Part shown: piece by piece, positions 41,433 through 51,495 of the stretch
How positions within the stretch are numbered: position 1 is the first letter of the stretch
Layout: every line of letters starts with the position of its first letter
Origin: an uncultured delta proteobacterium
GTDB lineage: Bacteria; Desulfobacterota; Binatia; UBA9968
Length of the DNA stretch: 64,000 bases
Direction: 5' to 3'
Assembly (NCBI GenBank): GCA_963737905.1
Contig: CAVTUQ010000034.1
Span: 96,001 to 160,000 of the forward strand
Translations under genes and position numbers: made by a program
The notes under the pieces: model-generated
Database searches by the model: none
The model's input: the letters and a program-made list of their open reading frames with translations, nothing else
Told to the model about the DNA's origin: nothing

Positions 41433-42787
41433 GTGATCATGCGTAAATATTTTCTCAACCGCATGCTCTTTTTCTCATTGGTATTGTCGGCCTGCAGCCT
41501 GGCGCCGGAATTTCAGCGGCCGCAAATGGCGATGCCCGAAGGTTGGAGCGACGTTGCCGGAGTCGGCATCAAATCAGACGAGAGTACGCGGCCGTTTTGG
41601 CAGGAAATGGGAAGTGAAGAGTTGAATCGAGTCATCGAAGTGGCGCTGGCGCAGAATCTCGATCTCGAAGCGGCTTTGCATCGCATCGAGCAGGCCCGCG
41701 CCCAGGCAAAAGTCGCCGGATCGGCGCTGTATCCCTCAATGGATGCGAGCGCTGGCGCATCGCGGAATTACCAGGATCTGGGTAATACCACGGCGGCGCG
41801 CGGCCTCGGCAGCATCAGTTACGAAGTCGATCTGTGGGGCAAGAACCGCAATCAATTGGCCGCGGCGAACTACCGCGCGGACGCGACCCAATACGATCGC
41901 GATGCTTTGCAGCTCATCGTGGCCGCCGATACCGCTACCTTCTATACCCAGGTTCTTAGTCTCGACGAGCGCATTCGCATCGCCCAAGACAATTTAAAAA
42001 ATGCCGAGGAAGTGCTGCGCATTACCGAAGCGCGCTTTCGCGAGGGCAGCATCTCGGGACTCGAAGTGTCGCAGCAGAGAGTAGCGGTTAACAATATCCG
42101 GGCCGCATTGGCGTCGCTTACGGAACAGCGAAGCACGAATTTGAATGCGCTCGCTATCTTGCTTGGCCAAGCGCCGCAGAATTTGCCGACCGCCCCAAAG
42201 TGGATTTTTCTTCTTTGCAAATGCCGGAAGTCAACCTGACGCCGCCCGCCTCTCTGCTGACGGCGCGGCCCGACATTGAGAGCGTCGAAGCCAGCCTGCG
42301 TGCCGCCAATGCCGACATCGGTATTGCGCGGGCGGCTTTCTTTCCCTCGCTCACATTGGGCGCCGGCGCCAGCATCGCGGCGGGATTCGGCAATCCGGCG
42401 GCCGCGGCGACCTCCCTTGCGGCGAATATTTTGACGCCGATCTTTACCGGCGGCAGGCTTACCGGGAATCTGGAAGACGTTACCGCGAGACAGAAAGAAC
42501 TGGCGGCGCAGTATCAGAAAACCGTGCTGACCGCGTTTCAGGAAGTGGAAGACGCGCTCGCCGCGCTCAAAAGTAACAATGAGCAAGCGGTGCTATCGAC
42601 TGAATCGGTAAAGGAATCGCAGAATGCCTACGACATCGCCAAGGCGCGTTTCGACGCCGGCGCCGTGGACTATCTTAACTTGCTTGAAACGCAGCGAAGT
42701 CTCTACCAGGCCGAGGACAATGAGATCTCAATTATGCAAGGACAGCTCGCATCTTTCATCCAGCTGCGCAAAGCGCTGGGGGCATGA
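41433..42787 (+). CDS. Outer membrane efflux lipoprotein (NodT/OprM/TolC), frameshift near 42200
   Basis: Lipobox [33 protein letters not shown] and AFQEVEDAL. Confidence 0.88.
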
Positions 42788-42946
42788 AACTACTTGAGGA
42801 GTACTGGGCGAAACAGGGGAATTTTTTTCGCTTGATCGGCAGTCCTGGCTGGGTATGATCGAGTGCCTGGATTTGGCTTTTCTCGTCGACGCACAAGACC
42901 AGACCCTTGTCTGGAGGGTTGAGATAAAGCGAAGCGATTGGGTTAG

Positions 42947-44107
42947 TTAGTAGGACTTCGGCATCCCTAGGACGTGTTGGCCCAAGTACGCCAGGACTAA
43001 ATTATTGCTGACGGGCGCGACCGTAAGAAGTCGTGTCTCGCGAAATTTTCGCTCCACGTCGTACTCGGTCGCAAAGCCATAACCGCCGTGGGTCGTCAAG
43101 CAAGCGTTTGCTGCCTCCCAGGCTGCTTCCGAGGCGAGAAATTTTGCCATATTGGCTTCAGCGCCGCACTTCTCTTTGCGGTCGAATTTTGTTGCAGCCT
43201 GGTAACGCACGAGGTCCGCCGCTTCGACGTTGGCGTAGGCTTTGGCGATGGGAAATTGGATTCCCTGGTTCGAGCCGATGGGCCGGCCAAACACAACACG
43301 CTCGGAGGCGTATTTCGCGGCCCGTTCGGTAAACCAGCGCCCGTCGCCGATGGCTTCGGCCGCGACGAGGATCCTCTCGGCATTCCAGCCATCGATGATA
43401 TAGCGAAAGCCCATCCCTTCTTCGCCGATCAAATTCTCAATTGGAACCTCAACTCCGTCGAAGAAAAGCGAGTTGGTGTGGTGATTGATCATCAGATCCA
43501 AGGGCTTCACCTCCAGTTTTCCTTTAGCTTCTCTCAGGTCGACAATGAATACGGAAAGACCTTTGGTTTTGTCTTTGAGTTCATCGTAGGGCGTGGTGCG
43601 GGCCAGCAGCAGCATCAGGTCCGATTGGAGCACGCGAGAGATGAAAATCTTCTGGCCATTGATTAGATAACGATCGCCCTTTCGCGTCGCCGTGGTTTGG
43701 ATGCGGGTCGATTCTGAGCCGGCGTTGGGCTCGGTGACACCGAAGGCTTGGAGGCGGAGTTCGCCGCTGGCGATTTTCGGCAGGTAGCGTCGCTTTTGCT
43801 CCTCATTGCCGTGTCGAAGGAGTGTGCCCATGGTGTACATCTGCGCGTGGCACGCAGTAGCAACACCGCCCGAACGGTTGATTTCTTCGAGGATGATGCT
43901 CGCTTCGGTGATGCCCAGGCCGGTGCCGCCGTATTCCTCGGGGATCAGAGCCGCTAGCCAGCCCAGCTCCGAAAGCTTGCGTACAAAAGCCTCCGGATAG
44001 TCTTTCTTGCTGTCGATTTCGCGCCAGTAGGCGTCGGGAAACTCCTTACAGACCTTTCTTATCTCTTCACGGATTTGGAGCTGCTCCGGTGTCAGGTTGA
44101 AATCCAT
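42947..44107 (-). CDS. Acyl-CoA dehydrogenase (methylsuccinyl-CoA dehydrogenase-like)
   Basis: [38 protein letters not shown] and HGGYGF. Confidence 0.92.
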   Translation of the reverse strand: MDFNLTPEQLQIREEIRKVCKEFPDAYWREIDSKKDYPEAFVRKLSELGWLAALIPEEYGGTGLGITEASIILEEINRSGGVATACHAQMYTMGTLLRHGNEEQKRRYLPKIASGELRLQAFGVTEPNAGSESTRIQTTATRKGDRYLINGQKIFISRVLQSDLMLLLARTTPYDELKDKTKGLSVFIVDLREAKGKLEVKPLDLMINHHTNSLFFDGVEVPIENLIGEEGMGFRYIIDGWNAERILVAAEAIGDGRWFTERAAKYASERVVFGRPIGSNQGIQFPIAKAYANVEAADLVRYQAATKFDRKEKCGAEANMAKFLASEAAWEAANACLTTHGGYGFATEYDVERKFRETRLLTVAPVSNNLVLAYLGQHVLGMPKSY

Positions 44108-44147
44108 TCACACCTCCTATATTTACCGCCTAGCAGGCAGTTTGGCC

Positions 44148-44222
44148 TATGGCGTATGGCTTATAGCGTATGGTTCGTATGTTCCAACTATATGCCATAA
44201 GCTATCAGCCATATGCCAATAG
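44148..44222. repeat. Heptamer tandem repeats in inverted arrangement
   Basis: TATGGCG/TATGGCT/TATAGCG/TATGGTT followed by complementary GCCATA-type units. Confidence 0.7.
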
Positions 44223-44263
44223 TTTATAGCGTAAAGCCTGCATAGCAGAAAGGGGAGAGCGTT

Positions 44264-44773
44264 ATGGCTGTCAAACCCGGCTGGGAAGGGCGCTTCTTCG
44301 AAGACTTTGAAGTCGGCGACGTTTATCGCTGCCGTCTCGGTAGGACGGTCACGGAAGCGGACAATATCTGGTTTACTTTGCTGACGAATAACACGAATCA
44401 GATTCATTTTAACAACGAATATGGCAAGCGCACGGAGTTCGGCAAGTGTCTGATTAACAGCGCGCTCACTCTCGCCATCGTTGCCGGTATGGGTGTCGCC
44501 GACGTGAGCGAAAACGGTTTTGCCCTCGGTTGGGACGAAATTAAACTGCCCAATCCACTTTTTGCCGGCGATACGCTCTACTCGGAATCCGAAGTGCTGG
44601 AGAAAAGAGAGTCCAAATCGAAGCCGCAATGGGGCATCATCAAGGTTCGCACCCGTGGGGTCCAGCAAGACGGCAAAATTGTGATCGACTATTCGCGCAG
44701 CGTGATGGTCTGGAAAAAAGCCCACGCGCCGAAGCAGGATTTGTTTCCGAAGATAAAGGATGATGCCAAGTAA
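44264..44773 (+). CDS. MaoC-family (R)-specific enoyl-CoA hydratase, RipB/Ich-like
   Basis: GRFFEDFEVGD, GRTVTEADNIWFTLLT..NQIHFN and GDTLYSESEVLEKRESKSKP. Confidence 0.88.
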   Translation: MAVKPGWEGRFFEDFEVGDVYRCRLGRTVTEADNIWFTLLTNNTNQIHFNNEYGKRTEFGKCLINSALTLAIVAGMGVADVSENGFALGWDEIKLPNPLFAGDTLYSESEVLEKRESKSKPQWGIIKVRTRGVQQDGKIVIDYSRSVMVWKKAHAPKQDLFPKIKDDAK

Positions 44774-44780
44774 ATAGGCT

Positions 44781-44866
44781 TAGACGGTTTGAACGATTGG
44801 AACGGCTTGAACTTTGAACGGTTGCGAGCGCGTTCAAGACGTTCAAGAGTTCAAGAAGTTCAAGTC
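44781..44866. repeat. TTGAAC/GTTCAAG short tandem inverted repeats
   Basis: Four (T)TGAAC-like units followed by four GTTCAAG units. Confidence 0.7.
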
Positions 44867-44882
44867 GAAAAATGAGGTGACA

Positions 44883-46083
44883 GTGGCAGCCAATTCTAAA
44901 CCAAGCGGTGCGCTGGACGGCATCAAGATCCTGGCCTTTGAACAGGTGCTTTCCGGTCCCTTTGCCACCTGTCTTCTGGCGGACATGGGCGCAGAAGTGA
45001 TCAAAGTCGAGCGACCCGGCGTCGGTGACGTTATTCGCGGCTGGGACTCCGTGGTTCGCGGTCTTTCTTCCGGCTATGTTTGGCTCAATCGAAACAAGCG
45101 CAGTCTCACGGTCGATGTAAAGAAGGAAAAGGGGAGAGCCCTGCTTCAAGAATTGGCCAAAAGATCCGACATCTTCTTCGAGAATTATGCGCCGGGCGTC
45201 GCGGGACGTCTCGGCCTTGGCTACGAAACGTTGAGCGAGCTCAATCCAAGACTCATCTACTGCTCTCTCTCCGGTTATGGCCAGGACGGTCCCTACCGTG
45301 ACGTCAAGGCCTATGATCTCCTCATCCAAGGAGAAGGAGGGATTATCGCCACCACCGGCTATCCCGACAAGCCGGCCCGAGCGGGTCTCGCGATCGTCGA
45401 TATCGCCGCGGGGATGTACTCGGCACTGGGCATTCTTCTTGCGCTTTACCAGCGCGAAAAAACCGGTCGCGGCCAATTTATCGATGTCTCGATGCTGGAC
45501 TCCATCGTCTCTTGGCTCGGTTATTTTCCGCATCACTACTGGCACGCCGGCGAAGAGCCGGCGCGGGTAGGGATGCGCCACCACTATGTGACACCCTACG
45601 GTCCGTATCTCGCAGGGGACGGGGAATACGTGAACCTTGCCGTTGCCAGCGCGTCGGATTGGGAGGTTTTCTGTCGCAAGGTGATCGAGCGGCCGGGGTT
45701 ACTGGAAGATCCGCGTTTCTCGACCGTCGAAGGCCGGCGTAAAAATCGCGGCGAATTGGAAGAGACGATCGAGAAGATCTTTCTGGAAAAGGATCACAAC
45801 CATTGGCTCGCGCGGCTCAAGAAGGCCGAGTTACCCTACGGCGAGGTGCGGGGCATCGCCCAGGTGCTCGCCCATCCGCAAGTGATCGCGCGTAAGCTCA
45901 TACGAGAGGCGGACTCGCCGGTGGGGAAGGTTCCGGTCATCGCCAATGCGCTCAAGATGTCGGGAAGCGAAGCGCGCTATGAAAGAATTCCTGGACTAGG
46001 GGAAGACGAGTGATGCGATATTGAAGGAGCTGGGTTATGACACGGAAACGATCACGCAACTGCGCCGAGATCAGGTTATCTGA
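44883..46083 (+). CDS. Class III CoA transferase (CaiB/BaiF), Ict-like; frameshift near 46010
   Basis: LADMGAEVIKVE, NRNKRSL and GYGQDGPYRDVKAYDLLIQ. The natural C-terminus (..DAILKELGYD..LRRDQVI*) lies in another frame. Confidence 0.9.
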
Positions 46084-46104
46084 ATAGAGAAAGGAAATAG
46101 GTCG

Positions 46105-46659
46105 ATGCGCAAGCCGGTAGTGGGGGTCATGGGCGCTTCGGAAAATGACGCCCTCAGCGAATCAGAAAAGGCGCGGGTTAAGAAACTCGCAGAAGTTCTC
46201 GGAGCCGCTCTGGCGCGGCACGACTGTATTTTGGTTACGGGAGCGACAACGGGTTTGCCGGATCTGGTGGCGAAAGCTTTCCGGAAGGGCGGTGGGTTCG
46301 CGCTGGGTGTTTCGCCGGCTCAAGATCGAAACGAACATCTGGAGCGTTACGGTTTGCCGGATGATGGTGCGGACGTTATCGTCTATACCGGCTTTGGCTA
46401 CAAGGGACGCAATGTTATCAACGTCAGGTCCGCCGATCTGGTGATTATTTTAGGTGGCGCAACGGGCACCCTAAACGAGTTCACCATTGCCTACGACGAG
46501 GGAAAGATAATCGGCATACTCGAGGGAAGCGGAGGAGTAGCTGACCACGTCGGAGAGATTATTGAGTTCTGCAAAAAGCCGACACGGGGTCTTGTGATAT
46601 TCGATGGAGATCCAGAAAAGTTGGTTGAAAAATGCTTGGAGGCGCTGAGCCGTGTCTGA
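46105..46659 (+). CDS. LOG/SLOG-family Rossmann protein (TIGR00725-like)
   Basis: VGVMG, VTGATTG, YTGFG..GRNVINV and GGATGTLNE. Confidence 0.8.
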   Translation: MRKPVVGVMGASENDALSESEKARVKKLAEVLGAALARHDCILVTGATTGLPDLVAKAFRKGGGFALGVSPAQDRNEHLERYGLPDDGADVIVYTGFGYKGRNVINVRSADLVIILGGATGTLNEFTIAYDEGKIIGILEGSGGVADHVGEIIEFCKKPTRGLVIFDGDPEKLVEKCLEALSRV

Positions 46660-46736
46660 AATGACAGAGAATTACGGTAGGCGAATTTCGGAACCAAAAG
46701 CATCGGTGCCATTTGTAAACAGTTCTTTTGACGGTT

Positions 46737-47307
46737 TTATCCGCGCTTGGCCTTATTCTGCGCTATGTAGCGTAGAGCGAACGTCTTCAGCCCGTCGCCT
46801 CTCAGGCCAATTTTCATTGCTTCGTCCAAAGCCTTTTCCTCGCTCCAGCCTTGTTCGAGCACACGATAAATCATCATGAATGCCCCGACGCGATTGGCCG
46901 TGGCGCAGTTAATGAGCATTGGGTGATTGGATTTTTCTTTGACCAATCGAATGAACTCGTCAGCCTGTTCGGCGCGCGGCGCCCTGGACAACACGGGAAT
47001 ATTGAAGTAGCGCAGCCCGGTTTTTTCCACGAGAGACCGCTCCTTTGTAAGATCGATGCCCTCCCGGGCGCGCGCAAGCTCAAGACGGAGTGAAAACCGC
47101 TGGCGGCGACTTTGGCGAAGGCCTGTTCAGTGGGTTGCCCACCGGTGGCGAAACTGCTGTCTAGGCAAAGGACGCGCGGCACATCGGATTTCAGAGTATT
47201 GTTCAATCTGGTCAAGACGCCCGCGATCTTTTTGTTGCTCTTCCGCGGCAATGGTTGAGGTCAGAAATCATAATGCTCGCTACTAAGACCAGCAGAAACT
47301 TATTCAT
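46737..47307 (-). CDS. Exported DUF442/tyrosine-phosphatase-like protein (frameshifted)
   Basis: Signal-like start, ATGGQPT, SVLSLR, and P-loop LINCATANRVG (Cx5R). Confidence 0.7.
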
Positions 47308-47348
47308 CGATATTGCCTCGTGGAATATTGTAGCACTCTGCCATAGGG

Positions 47349-48350
47349 TCATTGCAGCTTGAACAGCGCCGACGCTGTTTTACCCAGCATCGCGGTCTTT
47401 TCTTGCGCGGAACAAGGTGCCTGGCGAATCATTTCTAAAGATTCAGTGACGTTTGCCGCGGTTTTGCATTCCAACGGATAATCGGTGCCGAACATGATGC
47501 GATCCGCCGTGGTGACATTGAAGGCTCCGGCCAGCGCGGGATGCCATGCGCCGGTTCCTGCGGTGTCGAAATAAAGGGACTGAAATAGTTTCTCGAAGCG
47601 TTCCGTCAGCCCGAAACGCTTTTGTTCCGATTGGGTCTTGAGGTAGCCTTTCATGTCGCCGGGAATGTTGGCATCTTCGGTCTCAAAAAAAGCCATCATC
47701 CGCCCTTTGAGCGAGGAAATGGCGCCGCCAAGATGGGGCATGACAAAGCGTAGTTCAGGAAAACGGGGAAGCACGCTGTTCATCACCCGCACGATGGCCT
47801 GGGTTGTTTCCAGAGGCCGGAACACGCAGCGATCCAGGTTGTAAAGCGTGTCTGAGCCGGTGGGTTTTGACTGGGGATGAATGACGATGGGCAGGTGGTG
47901 TTTCTGGATCACTTCGTAAAGGGGGTTCATCGTCGGGTTGTCGAGCTGCACATCGAGATGGCAGGCGAGCAGCGCCACCGCCCGTAGTCCCAATTCGCTA
48001 ATGCCGCGCTCGAGTTCACGCTGCGCGGCGTGCGGCTCATGGATAGGTAAATGGATACACCCTCGGAAACGCGTCGGGTGCTTTCGCTCAACCTCGGCAA
48101 TGCCATCGTTGAGCAACCTGGCAACCTCCGCACCCAGCACCTGGACCTGGTCCGTCAAAATCGACACCGTAACCCCCGCTTCATCCATGACGTTCATGTG
48201 CGCTTCGAGATCTTTCCGGGAAGGATGGAGAGTCAGGCTGATTTCGTTGGTAACAATTCGTCGGCCGCCCGCCTGGGCGGCAAGGCGGTCGAACAGGGTC
48301 GCGGGCATGTAGTGGTGGTGAACGTCGACGATAAGTTCTGCCGAAGCCAT
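47349..48350 (-). CDS. Amidohydrolase_2 family protein
   Basis: DVHHH, IVIHP, PHLGG, YFDT and MFGTDYP. Confidence 0.9.
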   Translation of the reverse strand: MASAELIVDVHHHYMPATLFDRLAAQAGGRRIVTNEISLTLHPSRKDLEAHMNVMDEAGVTVSILTDQVQVLGAEVARLLNDGIAEVERKHPTRFRGCIHLPIHEPHAAQRELERGISELGLRAVALLACHLDVQLDNPTMNPLYEVIQKHHLPIVIHPQSKPTGSDTLYNLDRCVFRPLETTQAIVRVMNSVLPRFPELRFVMPHLGGAISSLKGRMMAFFETEDANIPGDMKGYLKTQSEQKRFGLTERFEKLFQSLYFDTAGTGAWHPALAGAFNVTTADRIMFGTDYPLECKTAANVTESLEMIRQAPCSAQEKTAMLGKTASALFKLQ

Positions 48351-48469
48351 AATGAATGAAAACTCCTCTTCCTGTGATGTGTTAGTCGAACGCTGTAACG
48401 TACGACACTCCGGCGTGTCGTTCAAGCGAACAGCCATAGTGGTGTTTCACGTAAGAAACGGAATAAGGC

Positions 48470-48499
48470 AAGGCCCGAACTCGTTTTGAGTCGGGCCTT
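48470..48499 (-). terminator. Hairpin/terminator after the Spy/CpxP gene
   Basis: aaggcccga..actc-gtttt-gagt..cgggcctt. Confidence 0.55.
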
Positions 48500-48524
48500 A
48501 CGGAATTATTGCGAGCTGAAACAG

Positions 48525-49034
48525 TTAGGAGGCTTGGCCCTGGGGCTTCTTAAAACCGGGATGACGCGCAGAGACGAGACTCTTCAGTTGGTCGCGCTGC
48601 TGCGCCGTTAACACGGACTTGCCGTTTTCGAGCGCCTCCGCGCGCAGGTAGCGCAGTTCAGAGCGGAGTTTTTCGGCTTGCTCGATCTTGAGCTTGGCCT
48701 GGATGAGGTTGGCCGGCGTTTCCTGCAGTACCCCGGTTATCTCGCTTTCAGTGGCGCGTAGTTGCTCCTGGACCGGAGTGCTCTGCTCACGGAAAAGCGT
48801 GCGTATCTTTTCCAGATTCGCGACCTGATCCGAGCTCAGGCTAAGTTCCTTCTGGTGTCTCAGAGCGATGCTAATCCATGGCGCCTCGGCGCCCAACATG
48901 CGGTGCATGCCTGGCCTGCCGCCACCGGGTTCCCCCGTGCCGGATTGGCCGTAAGCAGGCAGGGTCAACGAAGTTGTTGAAATCATTGATAAGGCTAAAG
49001 CTGCACTGCCAAAAACTGCGTAACATTTTCTCAT
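48525..49034 (-). CDS. Spy/CpxP-family periplasmic protein
   Basis: Signal peptide plus LSSDQ and LTAQQ (LTxxQ) motifs. Confidence 0.8.
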   Translation of the reverse strand: MRKCYAVFGSAALALSMISTTSLTLPAYGQSGTGEPGGGRPGMHRMLGAEAPWISIALRHQKELSLSSDQVANLEKIRTLFREQSTPVQEQLRATESEITGVLQETPANLIQAKLKIEQAEKLRSELRYLRAEALENGKSVLTAQQRDQLKSLVSARHPGFKKPQGQAS

Positions 49035-49230
49035 ACAGATCCTCCTTGGTGTATAAGACGATCTCCGCAGGGAAAAGTTTACACAACAAGGTGAAGCGTA
49101 ACGGAGCTTTATCTGCTATTGGTCTTGAGAAGTTGGCTTTCGGTTAAATCTCGGATGATGTATTGACTAACAGTTCAATTAGCGCTAGCGGTACGAACAG
49201 AATCCAAGTCAAATTGAAAGGAGAGAGTTT

Positions 49231-49893
49231 ATGGCACTCCATATCGGAGAAGAGGCTCCCAATTTTACCGCGGAGACGACCGAAGGAACAATCAATTTCC
49301 ATGAATGGATTGGGAACGGGTGGGCTATTCTTTTCTCGCACCCGAAAGACTTCACCCCAGTTTGCACGACCGAGCTCGGCTACATGGCGGGTCTCAAATC
49401 CGAATTCGAGAAACGGAACTGCAAAGTGATCGGTTTGAGCATCGATCCCGTGAACGATCACAAGAAATGGTCCAAGGATATCGAGGAAACCCAGGGCCAT
49501 GCGGTGAACTATCCGATTATCGGTGACTTTGATCTGAAGGTCGCCAAGCTTTATGACATGATTCACCCCAGCGCTAGCGGAACCGCCGAAGGGCGAACTG
49601 CGGCAGACAATGCCACAGTTCGTTCAGTGTTCGTTGTTGGACCGGACAAGAAGATCAAGCTGATGCTTACCTACCCGATGACGACCGGCCGCAATTTCGA
49701 CGAGGTACTACGTGTCGTGGACTCAATGCAGCTAACCGCTAAGCATCCGGTTGCCACACCGGTGAACTGGAAACAGGGTGATGACGTCATCATCGTTACT
49801 TCGGTTTCGGATGAAGACGCAAAGAAGAAATATCCAGCCGGCTTCAAAACGCTGAAGCCCTATCTCCGGTTGGTATCACAGCCGAAACAGTAG
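49231..49893 (+). CDS. 1-Cys peroxiredoxin (Prx6)
   Basis: FSHPKDFTPVCTTE, YPMTTGRNFDE and ATPVNW. Confidence 0.95.
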   Translation: MALHIGEEAPNFTAETTEGTINFHEWIGNGWAILFSHPKDFTPVCTTELGYMAGLKSEFEKRNCKVIGLSIDPVNDHKKWSKDIEETQGHAVNYPIIGDFDLKVAKLYDMIHPSASGTAEGRTAADNATVRSVFVVGPDKKIKLMLTYPMTTGRNFDEVLRVVDSMQLTAKHPVATPVNWKQGDDVIIVTSVSDEDAKKKYPAGFKTLKPYLRLVSQPKQ

Positions 49894-49966
49894 CAAGTTT
49901 AGCGAAAGCGATGCGCCGTTCGGGTAGGGTTAACGGCCAAGATCCGGCCGTCCTGTGGCAGTCGAT

Positions 49967-50004
49967 GTAAAAAAAGCGGGGTTCAAAGAACCCCGCTTTT
50001 TTAC
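49967..50004. terminator. Bidirectional Rho-independent terminator
   Basis: A7-gcggggttc-aaa-gaaccccgc-T6 between convergent genes. Confidence 0.88.
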
Positions 50005-50021
50005 TTCCAAAGTCACATCAT

Positions 50022-50288
50022 TTAGCGCGGCATGATCTCACTGGCCCTCATCTGACCATCCTTCTCCGTATACTTGATGGTTACCTTGGAGCCTTCCTTC
50101 GCGTTTTCGACTCCCTTGGTTTTGCTACCAATCAGGATGGTCTTTTCAGCATCTTTGGTTTTAACCTTGATTTCCTTCTCACCCTTGCTGACCACTGTGG
50201 CCTTCATTTCCATGTCCTGAGCGATTACATAGGCCGGAGCCAACGTGAGAGCCAACAGCATTACACCAATCTGCTTCTTTAGGTTCAT
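50022..50288 (-). CDS. Small secreted OB-fold-like protein
   Basis: Signal peptide, KEGSKVTIKY..DG...A motif and GGAGGT RBS. Confidence 0.7.
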   Translation of the reverse strand: MNLKKQIGVMLLALTLAPAYVIAQDMEMKATVVSKGEKEIKVKTKDAEKTILIGSKTKGVENAKEGSKVTIKYTEKDGQMRASEIMPR

Positions 50289-50350
50289 TCTAGATTCACC
50301 TCCTTTCGGTGGACGTGCTTAAAGTGCACTCTTTTCCAGCGAGTTTTGCG

Positions 50351-50366
50351 AGCAAAGTCTGCGCCA
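50351..50366 (-). promoter_or_regulatory. Sigma54-type promoter
   Basis: The minus strand reads TGGCGCAGACTTTGCT (GG-N10-GC), about 60 bp upstream of the 50288 start. Confidence 0.55.
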
Positions 50367-50924
50367 ATTTCTTGACACCATCCGCTCACCTTGTTAATTT
50401 CGCGAGCTTCCACTTGCTGCTATTGATATCCCCCGAGCTGTGAGACACCAAATGACTAGATATTCATCTTGATATAACGTTCTAAATCGTACTTGGGACC
50501 GACCCAATCTCATCCCCTTTTTGAATAGTTGTTGGAACTTTGACTGACTGGAGCTACCTACAAATTCGAGACGTTATGTGATGGCTTAATCATACGGTTT
50601 TACTGTGGCACGCGTCCTATTTAATCGGATCCGACGAAGAAAAATCCGTTCGTTTATGACCTGGCTTTTGGGAGGACGGGCAAGGACAATCTCTTCGAAT
50701 TACAAGGAGATATGTGAAGCGCTCTTGCAGGATCGTATTCCGTTCGTGTCTCCTTAATAGCACGTGCTTATATAAGGCAGTTTTACCGGCTGGACTTTTT
50801 GTTGCTTGCAACTAAAGCTTAAACAATCCAATACAATGGGGGTTCTTGGCGTTTTTGCCGTAAGGTACCGAGCGGGGACGTCTACGTTCAGATGGGTCAA
50901 AATTCAGAACCGGGGCTGGAAAGC

Positions 50925-51413
50925 ATGGAAACGGAGGCGACGCTTTTTCAACAAGGCGGGGAGAAGGATCGACCAGCCGTGTATTTCATGCGGCCAAGTT
51001 TCGCCGCCCGTGTCGTTAACCGAATCTACGGTTGGATTACCAGCATTGGTTTTGGCCTCCCTAATAGCTATGTATTACAGGTTTCGGGCCGTAAAACGGG
51101 CAAGATTCGATCCGTACCGGTCAATCTTTTAAGTTACAACGGCAAGCTTTTTTTGGTTGCGACTCGAGGGCATACCCAATGGTCGCGCAACGTTCTGGCC
51201 GACCGCAAAGTAACTCTCAAAAGGGGCAGGCTGCGAACGGAGTTTAGATTGCGGGTGGTGCTGGATGCCGAAAAGCCCAAGATCCTTAAAGCTTATGTGA
51301 TTCGTTTCCGCCGGATGAGCCGACGGTTTTTTCCTATCCCCGCCGCCTCGCCTTCGGCATCATTCGCGCCGTTCGCCGATCGTTATCCGGTCTTCGAGCT
51401 AGTTCGTCTGTGA
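50925..51413 (+). CDS. Deazaflavin (F420)-dependent nitroreductase-like (DDN) family protein
   Basis: LQVSGRKTGKIRSVPV, WSRNV and C-terminal YPVFEL. Confidence 0.75.
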   Translation: METEATLFQQGGEKDRPAVYFMRPSFAARVVNRIYGWITSIGFGLPNSYVLQVSGRKTGKIRSVPVNLLSYNGKLFLVATRGHTQWSRNVLADRKVTLKRGRLRTEFRLRVVLDAEKPKILKAYVIRFRRMSRRFFPIPAASPSASFAPFADRYPVFELVRL

Positions 51414-51495
51414 TCACGCCTTAGACTTACCTTGCAGTCGCGGGCAAGATAAGCCAAATTTCTTAGAGGTCCTTAAAAGTAAGCAGGTCATTGCG

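Noticed and set aside
44781-44866. CRISPR-like array
   Set aside because: Units are 6-9 bp, there are no unique spacers and there are no cas genes.
46011-46013. TGA as possible selenocysteine or readthrough in the CoA transferase
   Set aside because: The family C-terminus continues in a different frame, so this is an indel.
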